Source: a virus (lineage: Duplodnaviria; Caudoviricetes). Taken from it: a stretch of 31,321 nucleotides of DNA. Within the stretch, counting starts at the first letter, position 1. Each line of letters begins with the position of its first letter. The position numbers and the translations under genes are program-made. The notes beneath the pieces were generated by a model. It ran no database searches, had not been told where the DNA came from, and worked only from the letters and a program-made list of their open reading frames with translations. Positions 1-7,448 of the stretch are shown here, one piece after another. The DNA is taken from the IMG/VR virus record IMGVR_UViG_3300005512_000205, positions 1 to 31,321 of that record. One strand, given 5' to 3'.

Positions 1-2278
1 GTGGATATTTGTTCGTTAGTTTGTTCTGACGAACAAAATGATTATAAAGAATAACACCTTTGATATGCATTGGAGCTCCCTTCTTGAAAATATTAGAACT
101 GTCACTCCACTTATCAATACCGTTCACAGAGCGAGGAAATGCAATCTCCTCTGGTGGTAGTTTCATAAACTCTTCACGAAACTCTTGGATAAAGTTGTTT
201 ACATCCTTTTCTGTTCCAGACATAATAATCTTTAGAGCTTCTTTAATCTTTTCACGACAAGGTGCAGGCGTTGATGACTTGACTGCCTCGATACCCATAA
301 TCTTCAAAGACGGTTCGTGATAACGAACACCTTCAACATCCCATGCATTGAGAATGTATCGTTTCTTTGCAGTCCAGATTCCTTTATCAGCGATTACCTC
401 ACGTTTCATTTGCATCTTCTGATCGAATGCATTTACATACGAAGCAAGAGCTTGATAACTTTTATCAATAAAAGGTTCAATTTTCTCTTGAGCGACTCGA
501 TCAAGGAAGTCCACGGCCCTCCCACGATAACTATCTTCCGACTCATCACTTCTCTTTTTAAGCAAACTGTCAACCAATTTGTCAAAAGTAATATATACTG
601 AATCCGTATCACTTGCAATGACATAATCAACTCCCTCAGTTTTAAGTAATTTGTTCATGTAGATGTTTAAGGATTTCTCAATCCATCGAATAGATAATTG
701 TCCAGAAGAAGTAATGCCTTCTGCAATCTTCAATTCATAATATCTGAACCATTCGTTACCAATCGCACCATAGGCAGAGTTCAATGAAATCTTACGAGCC
801 ATCTGAATGTTGTGAAAACGAGAAACATCTTTTAGATACTTTGGATCTTTAGTATCTTCATACTTCTGCTTTGCATCCAACATCTTTTTCTTGTAGATGG
901 TTCTATCATCATACATTTGTTGCATCATCTCTGGTAAGAAACCTTGTTTCTGTTTTGAGAACATTGCACCGTTTGGTGTAAGTGTAGTATTTTCTGGAAG
1001 ATTACGAATAGGTTTAGCATTCAACATATAATCAACATCAATACCTTGAAGTTTCTCAGACAATAATGTTTCTGGTGATATGTTGTATTGCATAATCAAG
1101 TGTGGATAGAGAGAGTTCAAGTCAAAAGACAAAACCCATTTATGCTGTCCAACTTGTGGTTCTTTTACATACGCACCAGCATACTTCTCACTTTTGCTTT
1201 CACTTCTTGTTTTTTGAGGAATGACAATCTTTTTAGAAAGTAAGTGATTGTAGATAAGAACATCCCAATACTTAACAGAAGTAAATGCATCAGTGATATT
1301 CACTTTTGCATCGTAAGCCATAGTTAAGTGCAAATCAATCAGTTTCATCTTATCGTCTAGTTTATCAACGAGTTCCACATCTTGAATGTTATAGTCTAGG
1401 AAAGACTGATAGTCTTTAGTATACCAATCACGAAAAGTCTCATATGGATTTTCGTCTTTCTTCTCGTTAAGTTCGACACGAGCGATATGATCAAGTCGAT
1501 AAGATTCCTGTCTTACATAAGTGTGTTTACGATATAGTAAAAGATAATCCAAATCCTCAACACCCATGATGTCATAGACTTGTTCTTTTTTACCATATAC
1601 ACCAGTGATAGTTCTTGCATTGACTACCCCCCAAGGCGATAGACGTTTCATTGCGTCTTCACCCATAACAGATTTAATTCTGTTACAAAGATAGGGAATA
1701 TCAAATCTTTCAGTATTCCAACCAGTGATAATATCTGGATGATCACTTTCCCACCACGAAATGAATTGAGCTAGAAGTTCTCGCTCGGTTTGACATTTGA
1801 TGTATTGCACATCTTCTCTATCGTTGTGATAATCGTGCAATCCCCAAACTTTTATTCGTCCAGTATCATGGTTTTTGATTGTAATGGAGAGCATAGGTTC
1901 AATTGCTTGTTCTGCATTAGGGAATCCATTCTCACACTCCACCTCAATATCAATAGTGACAATACGCATCTGCGAACTATCAAACTGAATTTGTTTTGGG
2001 TATGTTTCTGCGATATAGGTATAAGGGAATTGTGTCAACCCATAGACAAGCCAGGGTTGGTTGGAGTATTGTTCTACAAACTCTTTTGCTTCTTTGATTG
2101 TAAGAAACTTCATTGGACTGACATTATTGCCGTCCAATGTTTTCCATCCAGTGTCCTTCTTTACAGGAACATAAAGAGTGGGCTCGTATTTAACTTTGTA
2201 GTTAGAACGAACACCATTCTCTACTGCACGAACAAGTAATTGATTACCCCATTGGGCGATATGTGTGTAAAACTTCAT
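1..2278 (-). CDS. gp43: Family B DNA polymerase (T4 gp43-like), runs off the left edge of the window
   Basis: Manual translation from ATG 2278 gives MKFYTHIAQWGNQLLVRAVENG. PolB motifs WVLSFDLNSLYPHLIMQYNISPET, QMARKISLNSAYGAIGN and YVIASDTDSVYI are present. Missing from the ORF track, apparently because there is no stop in the window. Confidence 0.97.
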   Translation of the reverse strand, partial: MKFYTHIAQWGNQLLVRAVENGVRSNYKVKYEPTLYVPVKKDTGWKTLDGNNVSPMKFLTIKEAKEFVEQYSNQPWLVYGLTQFPYTYIAETYPKQIQFDSSQMRIVTIDIEVECENGFPNAEQAIEPMLSITIKNHDTGRIKVWGLHDYHNDREDVQYIKCQTERELLAQFISWWESDHPDIITGWNTERFDIPYLCNRIKSVMGEDAMKRLSPWGVVNARTITGVYGKKEQVYDIMGVEDLDYLLLYRKHTYVRQESYRLDHIARVELNEKKDENPYETFRDWYTKDYQSFLDYNIQDVELVDKLDDKMKLIDLHLTMAYDAKVNITDAFTSVKYWDVLIYNHLLSKKIVIPQKTRSESKSEKYAGAYVKEPQVGQHKWVLSFDLNSLYPHLIMQYNISPETLLSEKLQGIDVDYMLNAKPIRNLPENTTLTPNGAMFSKQKQGFLPEMMQQMYDDRTIYKKKMLDAKQKYEDTKDPKYLKDVSRFHNIQMARKISLNSAYGAIGNEWFRYYELKIAEGITSSGQLSIRWIEKSLNIYMNKLLKTEGVDYVIASDTDSVYITFDKLVDSLLKKRSDESEDSYRGRAVDFLDRVAQEKIEPFIDKSYQALASYVNAFDQKMQMKREVIADKGIWTAKKRYILNAWDVEGVRYHEPSLKIMGIEAVKSSTPAPCREKIKEALKIIMSGTEKDVNNFIQEFREEFMKLPPEEIAFPRSVNGIDKWSDSSNIFKKGAPMHIKGVILYNHFVRQNKLTNKYP

Positions 2279-2284
2279 TATGTA

Positions 2285-2313
2285 AATATACCACCATTAG
2301 GGGGATTTGTCAA
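2285..2313 (-). promoter_or_regulatory. Sigma70-type early promoter for gp43
   Basis: TTGACA-17 nt-TATATT on the minus strand, 6 nt before the gp43 ATG. Confidence 0.8.
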
Positions 2314-2534
2314 GAGAAAAGAGTATACTGATTCTGTTCTTCGTTTGCGAAATATTTATCCAACATCTCTAGTTGGTCATTATATTTAGCTATTTCCATT
2401 AGTTCATGTTCTACGGCATCAATAATATCTGAGTGTTCACCAATTCCAACTGGGTTGTTCAGATATACAAGAACATTTGCTTTGTGTTTTGCAATATGTC
2501 CTTCTGCGTGTTTTCTTACTGCATCTAGTAGCAT
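2310..2534 (-). CDS. Conserved hypothetical protein of marine T4-like phages (74 aa)
   Basis: MLLDAVRKH...YLNNPVGIGEHSDII. An AAGGA SD before ATG 2534 favours this start over 2567. Confidence 0.75.
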   Translation of the reverse strand: MLLDAVRKHAEGHIAKHKANVLVYLNNPVGIGEHSDIIDAVEHELMEIAKYNDQLEMLDKYFANEEQNQYTLFS

Positions 2535-2550
2535 GATATTTCCTTTCAAT

Positions 2551-3996
2551 TTAACCGTCATCATCATTTACTTCTGCCCGTTCAATCCAATCAGATAATA
2601 CAAATCTTCTGATAGGATTTACAGACACTTTAAACCGTGTCAATAGTTCTCTATTTACCAGAACGGTTGACATGGAATCTTTCGTGGACAATCCAAATGG
2701 AACATCCTTATATAACTTGTTATTAAAACGAACATTCAAATGCACGATTGGTCGTTCATCAATTTTGCCTACATGGGCAGGGTGAGACATACCTTGAAGT
2801 TTAGATTCAAACTTCTTACCATTCTTACCCCAAAAAACTTTCTTACCTTTGACTTCCAGTTCGTCTACAACAAACATAGATGCCTTTGTTCCGTTACCAG
2901 TATCAAACTTTGCACGAATTGGGCCATAACCTTCAATCTCAATACGTTCAACATATCCTGCTTCAGTTGGGAATGAGTGTCTACGATTTTTTGCAGAGGT
3001 TAGATATTCTAACATTTTCTCTACAATCTCTGCTGGTTTTGCACTACCCCTGTAATAATTCTCATCAGACTCTTCTATAGTGATGTCATACATTCCAAAA
3101 TTAGAACCAATGCCAGCACTACCATTACATTCTAGAATGTAAATGTTATTACCAACAATAGCATGGTCAACCCCAACAATATAAGCACCAACTGCCCGAG
3201 CTGCTGCAAGAACTGATTCTCTTTCTTTTTCAGAAAGTTCATGTGGTTCTGTTGTTGCACCTCTGTGTCTATTAGATCTGAAATCATTTTCTGGTTGGAT
3301 TCTTTTAGTGGATGCCAATATCTTACCGTTCATTACTACGGTTCTAATATCGTAATCAAATTTCAAATATTCCTGTATGAGTAGTTCTGCCTTAAACTTC
3401 CAAAGAGATTGGATAACAGAAACCATACTCTGATAATCATTAACAATAGAGACACCAATACCTTGTGTTCCTGTAATTGTTTTAATAATAACTGGAAACT
3501 TTCCACCAATTTTTTCGTGAGCTGGTTCAATAGATTCTTCATTTGAAACAAGTGCTGTTTTTGGAACAGGAATATTGTCTCTTTCAAAAGAGATGTAAGA
3601 TGACATTTTATTATCACAAGTCATCATACCATCACGATTATTTACCATAAACGCACCAGCGTTTTCAAATGTTCCTAATATCGCAAGTCCAATTTCATCC
3701 TCGAGCACGCCCGCCCGCACGAAGCAAACTGTTCTTGAAATGTCAAACTCTACATCTTTTCCATCAACATTTGAGATGATAAGAGTTCCCTTTTCAAGAT
3801 CATTTTTAGATACCCATGCGTCACGAACATTTACAACATGACATTCAATACCCATTTTTTCACAGGCGGTTGCAATCATATTACTAACAAGTTCTTTGTT
3901 CTTAGAACGAACTTTGGTTAGAACTGCAACTTGAATCTTTACCTCTTTAAGAGGCATTTGTTGTTCTGTGATGAATGTAGAAAACGATTGTGCCAA
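2551..3996 (-). CDS. rimK: RimK-family ATP-grasp ligase fused to a C-terminal retropepsin-like (RimB / putative ATP-dependent Zn protease family) domain
   Basis: ATP-grasp motifs CDNK, IPVPKT, FPVIIKTITGTQGIGV, LIQEYL, DIRTVV, FRSNRHRG, GVD and LECNGSAG. C-terminal GYVERIEI..IRAKFDTGNG..ERPIV..VLVNRELL. TTG start abuts the regA stop. Confidence 0.88.
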   Translation of the reverse strand: MAQSFSTFITEQQMPLKEVKIQVAVLTKVRSKNKELVSNMIATACEKMGIECHVVNVRDAWVSKNDLEKGTLIISNVDGKDVEFDISRTVCFVRAGVLEDEIGLAILGTFENAGAFMVNNRDGMMTCDNKMSSYISFERDNIPVPKTALVSNEESIEPAHEKIGGKFPVIIKTITGTQGIGVSIVNDYQSMVSVIQSLWKFKAELLIQEYLKFDYDIRTVVMNGKILASTKRIQPENDFRSNRHRGATTEPHELSEKERESVLAAARAVGAYIVGVDHAIVGNNIYILECNGSAGIGSNFGMYDITIEESDENYYRGSAKPAEIVEKMLEYLTSAKNRRHSFPTEAGYVERIEIEGYGPIRAKFDTGNGTKASMFVVDELEVKGKKVFWGKNGKKFESKLQGMSHPAHVGKIDERPIVHLNVRFNNKLYKDVPFGLSTKDSMSTVLVNRELLTRFKVSVNPIRRFVLSDWIERAEVNDDDG

Positions 3997-4401
3997 TTAT
4001 TCTACTCTCTTTTTACCAATATTATATTTTGTTTCCAAAATCCATTCGTCTTTTTCTTTGAAAGCGATTACTTTAATTTGAGAAAGCGGTGCTTTAGGTT
4101 CTGCTTCTCCAATTATTTCAATCAATCCCCAATCACCTAGTAGTCCAGCAATTGAGTTTCGTCTTGATACATCGTTTTCATTTAGATTTGTGTCTTTACC
4201 ATCAAGAGCAAAAAGTTCCTTGAAATGGACGATATAATATTTACCTTGTTTATGTAGAATGTGACAGGACTGATATAGTTTTCTCTCTTTACGAGATGCC
4301 ACTCCGATACGAGACAAGGTTTCTCTAACCTTTAGGAAGTCATCCGGCTCTTTTAATTTTACTTCCAGCATCTTCTCTGGATGCCATTCAATTTCATTCA
4401 T
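3997..4401 (-). CDS. regA: Translational repressor RegA
   Basis: MLEVKLKEPDDFLKVRETLSRIGVAS..LYQSCHILHKQGKYYIVHFKELFALDG; follows gp62 as in T4. Confidence 0.97.
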   Translation of the reverse strand: MNEIEWHPEKMLEVKLKEPDDFLKVRETLSRIGVASRKERKLYQSCHILHKQGKYYIVHFKELFALDGKDTNLNENDVSRRNSIAGLLGDWGLIEIIGEAEPKAPLSQIKVIAFKEKDEWILETKYNIGKKRVE

Positions 4402-4787
4402 TTTCTTCCACCTTTATTCAAACTATTTTTAATAGTGGTTATCTGTTCATTATCAAGTATCTTCAGAGCGGCTTTTGCTTTTTCATTACTATAACCATAA
4501 TACTCTTTTACATACTCTAAATCTTTCAACTTATCTGCCTTTACCCAAGGCGCATATCGCTTCTTCGATCTAATAGTATTTAGTAAAAAGTCATATTGGA
4601 GTTTGGTGTCAAGGTGGTGACGTTGATTCATCTCATTAACAAGCATTATGGTGTCATTGAATGGCGCCAAACACTTGTTAATGATGAACGGTGAATATTT
4701 CTTTTCCCACATAGGATCATCTGAATCCATCAGATTTTCCTTTGTTTCGTTGATAGATTTTAGATAATCTTTTAGTTCATAACTCAT
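4398..4787 (-). CDS. gp62: Clamp loader small subunit
   Basis: YSPFIINKCL..EMN..LQYDFLLN..KRYAPW..VKEYYGYSNEKA; ATGA overlap with the gp44 stop; synteny. Confidence 0.93.
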   Translation of the reverse strand: MSYELKDYLKSINETKENLMDSDDPMWEKKYSPFIINKCLAPFNDTIMLVNEMNQRHHLDTKLQYDFLLNTIRSKKRYAPWVKADKLKDLEYVKEYYGYSNEKAKAALKILDNEQITTIKNSLNKGGRK

Positions 4788-5722
4788 TTCCAATTCACCT
4801 GTGTCATAACCTCAATCATAAATGCAAGCATATTGATTTCTTGATCAGCGACAAAGGCAGATTTGTAAGAGTAGTCTGCTGTTGCGAGAACAAGATGAGG
4901 AACAGTGGAAGGCTGTACTTCTTCATACAGGGAATCGTATACCTTACGGTACATACGAGCAGGATCATTATCTAGGTTGTTTGCAACCCATTTACGAATA
5001 GACTTGAAATCTTTCTCTTTAAGGAAAGTTGTTAAGTCCTTCATGTTGGTTTCTGATAGATTAACTAGTATACCACCATCAATCATACCAGAGGCAGAAT
5101 ACCTTTGCAGTTCATTAAGAACCCTTCTCCAATCTGGGAAGTGTTTTTCAACAACACCAGCAACAGCCTTTGGTTCAAACTGAACTTTTTCTTCTTGAAG
5201 AATGGTTTGCACTCTTTTGAAGAATTGTCCAGCAAGTTTAGGTTTGTCAGTAGCAGGAATACGAAACTCTATTACAGAGCATCGACTATGCAAAGGGTCG
5301 ATGATACGGTTCTTGAAGTTACAGGTTAAGATGAAACCACAGTTCTTATGAAACTCTTCAATAAATCCACGCAAAGCTGGTTGTGTAGATTGTGGGTTCA
5401 AATAGTCTGCCTCATCCAAAATCACAAACTTACGATTACCATCCATAGAGACAGTAGAAGCAAAGTTCTTAATCTTGTTTCTGAGAACATCAATGCCTGA
5501 TTCTTCAGAACCGTTAATCATCATATAGGTGGCGCCAAGTTCCTCAAGCATTGCTTTTGCAACTGTGGTCTTACCCACTCCAGCCCCACCAGATAAAAGA
5601 AGGTTTGGTATGTGTCCTTCATCTATAAAGGTCTGGAAAGTTGTTTTTAAATCATCAGTTAGAATACACTCACTGATTTTGGATGGACGATATTTCTCCA
5701 CCCATAGTATCACATCATTCAT
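4784..5722 (-). CDS. gp44: Clamp loader AAA+ subunit
   Basis: LWVEKYRP, Walker A GGAGVGKTT, ILDEADYL, SRC motif; AAGGAG SD before ATG 5722. Confidence 0.97.
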   Translation of the reverse strand: MNDVILWVEKYRPSKISECILTDDLKTTFQTFIDEGHIPNLLLSGGAGVGKTTVAKAMLEELGATYMMINGSEESGIDVLRNKIKNFASTVSMDGNRKFVILDEADYLNPQSTQPALRGFIEEFHKNCGFILTCNFKNRIIDPLHSRCSVIEFRIPATDKPKLAGQFFKRVQTILQEEKVQFEPKAVAGVVEKHFPDWRRVLNELQRYSASGMIDGGILVNLSETNMKDLTTFLKEKDFKSIRKWVANNLDNDPARMYRKVYDSLYEEVQPSTVPHLVLATADYSYKSAFVADQEINMLAFMIEVMTQVNWK

Positions 5723-5792
5723 TATATAGCTCCTTGTCAAAAATGTTTCACATATGAGTCATTAAGTGGGTTAATGACTAGTTTATGATACA

Positions 5793-6452
5793 TTATGATG
5801 CTTCAAGAGCAATGAAGTATTCAATCGACTTATTCATATTAGTAAAATGCGAGATGCCTTTTTGAGATACTTCTACCTTGTAGTCGCCTGCAAGAAGTTT
5901 GAGGTTTTCTACCTTAAAGAAATATGTGAAATCAGTTGGTGAGTTTTCACCGACTGTGATACTGAAGTCATTAGAAGTATCGTTCTTACGATCAGTAACA
6001 GTAAGCTCAATACTACCACCAGCAGTTCCAGTTAGAACCACATCAGGCACACTAAGAACAGCAGATGCTTTTAGAATCTGATTGAAGGTGTCTTGTGTAA
6101 AGGTAAACTCTACATCAACAGAAGGCATAGTTATTTCTGTCTTGGGAGCTGTCACGATAGAAGGATCACTAAACATATAAGTTAGTTTACTGCCTCCACC
6201 CTCTTCATTAAATAGAACACTCTTTTCATCAAATGCAAGAGTTGGATCTTTGAATAGAGACATTGCAGACAGGAATTCATTCAAGTCATAGATTGCAAAT
6301 TCATTATTGAAAGTATCTGGAACAGTAGCTTTTGCAACGATGTTTTTCATCGCTGACATTGTTCCAATCACAGTTCCATTTTTTACCAGTAGATTCTGGT
6401 TAATGGTAGAAAAGTTCTTTAGAACTTCTCTGGTATCATTACTAAGTTTCAT
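5793..6452 (-). CDS. gp45: Sliding clamp
   Basis: MKLSNDTREVLKNFSTINQNL..FAIYDLNEFL..FKVENLKLLAGDY..YFIALE; synteny. Confidence 0.96.
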   Translation of the reverse strand: MKLSNDTREVLKNFSTINQNLLVKNGTVIGTMSAMKNIVAKATVPDTFNNEFAIYDLNEFLSAMSLFKDPTLAFDEKSVLFNEEGGGSKLTYMFSDPSIVTAPKTEITMPSVDVEFTFTQDTFNQILKASAVLSVPDVVLTGTAGGSIELTVTDRKNDTSNDFSITVGENSPTDFTYFFKVENLKLLAGDYKVEVSQKGISHFTNMNKSIEYFIALEAS

Positions 6453-6453
6453 A

Positions 6454-6768
6454 TCAATTATTCTCCGTTGTATCGTGATTATGAAGTGCCATTATACCAT
6501 AATGGATCACTTTTAGCAAGTCATTTCTGTTCTTGCCGTCCTTTTTTCCGTATCGTTGACTATACTTTAAAATGTTACCGATACAGAAACCTTCTCCATG
6601 GCCCGAGTCCATGATGAATTCTGTTGCTTGAAATCTATTGTGGGAATAGTGTGCAGAGTAAGTTTTATCAATATACTCTTGCAACTCTTTGAGGATTCTA
6701 TCCTCTGAATATTTGTAGTCAATTTTGTCAACTACTACAGGTTCTTCTTTGTTCTTAAAATATTTCAT
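6454..6768 (-). CDS. DUF3310 / SaV-like protein
   Basis: HY..GFCIGNILKYSQRYGKKDG..DLLKVIHY pattern typical of DUF3310. Confidence 0.7.
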   Translation of the reverse strand: MKYFKNKEEPVVVDKIDYKYSEDRILKELQEYIDKTYSAHYSHNRFQATEFIMDSGHGEGFCIGNILKYSQRYGKKDGKNRNDLLKVIHYGIMALHNHDTTENN

Positions 6769-6794
6769 TACAAATCCTCAATTCAATTACACAT

Positions 6795-6823
6795 ACTATA
6801 ACATAAAAGAGCGCCTCTGTCAA
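6795..6823 (-). promoter_or_regulatory. Sigma70-type promoter for the DUF3310-gp45-44-62-regA-rimK operon
   Basis: TTGACA-17 nt-TATAGT with a TGn extended -10. Confidence 0.82.
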
Positions 6824-6834
6824 GAGGCGCTCTT
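6805..6834 (-). terminator. Intrinsic terminator after hsp20
   Basis: Perfect 12-bp inverted repeat AAGAGCGCCTCT-4 nt-AGAGGCGCTCTT running into a short T tract. Confidence 0.75.
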
Positions 6835-6840
6835 ACAAAA

Positions 6841-7269
6841 TTACTTGATTTTAATCAGGCGAGGCTTCTTTTCCTCTGGAATGATTCTTTCAAGTTCTAC
6901 GTTCAACAACCCATTTTCAAAAGTTGCACCTTTAACTACCACATCATCAGAGATAGTGAAAGTTCTCTTGAAGGCACGATTTGAAATGCCCTTGTGCAGA
7001 TAAGTTGTTTCATCAACAACATCACCCTTTTCTTTAGACTTGATTGAAAGAGTATTCTCTTTTGTTTCAATCTCAATATCGTCTTTACCGAATCCAGCAA
7101 CTGCAATCTGAATTGCATAATTGGTGTCATCAATTTTTACGATATTATAAGGGGGGTAGTTTGTTGTTGTAACAAGACTATCATCAAGTAGTCTGTCAAA
7201 CATTCTATCGAATCCGATAGAGTAAGTTTTAACCCTGTCAAAAGGGTCTGTAAGAGCTGTATTTACCAT
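6841..7269 (-). CDS. hsp20: Small heat-shock protein Hsp20 (IbpA-like)
   Basis: IGFDRMFD..NYPPYNIVK..IAVAGF..YLHKGISNRAFKRTF..ATFENGLL..IPEEKKPRLIKI. Confidence 0.96.
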   Translation of the reverse strand: MVNTALTDPFDRVKTYSIGFDRMFDRLLDDSLVTTTNYPPYNIVKIDDTNYAIQIAVAGFGKDDIEIETKENTLSIKSKEKGDVVDETTYLHKGISNRAFKRTFTISDDVVVKGATFENGLLNVELERIIPEEKKPRLIKIK

Positions 7270-7325
7270 TTTGTTTCTCCTTTAAAAAGCAAGTTACAGT
7301 GTGATACCCATTACGGCATATCACG
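7270..7325 (-). promoter_or_regulatory. ROSE-like RNA thermometer candidate in the hsp20 5' UTR
   Basis: 5' hairpin GUGAUAU..GUAUCAC, then CUUGCU able to pair with the AGGAG SD. Confidence 0.6.
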
Positions 7326-7327
7326 TT

Positions 7328-7335
7328 TATTTATA
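7328..7335 (-). promoter_or_regulatory. T4-type late promoter upstream of hsp20
   Basis: TATAAATA. Confidence 0.75.
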
Positions 7336-7339
7336 AAGT

Positions 7340-7432
7340 GGTAGTTTTTTGGGCGGAAACTACCAAAACCGTGATTTGCGACACAGAGTAAGCATATTTG
7401 TGTCGAACAGGGCGACTTACGAACTGCACCCT
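7340..7432 (-). ncRNA. Candidate structured ncRNA (three hairpins, possible kissing loop and pseudoknot), family not recognised
   Basis: Stems AGGGUG/CGCCCU, CGACACA/UGUGUCG and GGUAGUUU/AAACUACC; loop complementarity GUAAGU/GCUUAC. Confidence 0.5.
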
Positions 7433-7448
7433 ATATTATATATAAGAC

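Noticed and set aside
60-2239. Short ORFs 60-320, 317-601, 433-630 and 1790-2239
   Set aside because: They overlap gp43, which carries the PolB motifs; they are shadow ORFs.
1-2278. Split gp43, intein or intron
   Set aside because: Start and motif C are in the same frame, motif spacing looks normal, and no insertion is evident in the visible part.
3997-4010. RegA C-terminal Glu as the RimK substrate
   Set aside because: A single terminal E is common (also gp67 and gp15); there is no support beyond adjacency.
5712-5740. TTGACA upstream of gp44 and the longer TTG start at 5740
   Set aside because: No -10 box at 17 nt spacing; the SD position supports ATG 5722.
7379-7432. tRNA (contains GTTCG twice on the minus strand)
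   Set aside because: No cloverleaf, acceptor stem or anticodon arm; kept as an unknown structured RNA.
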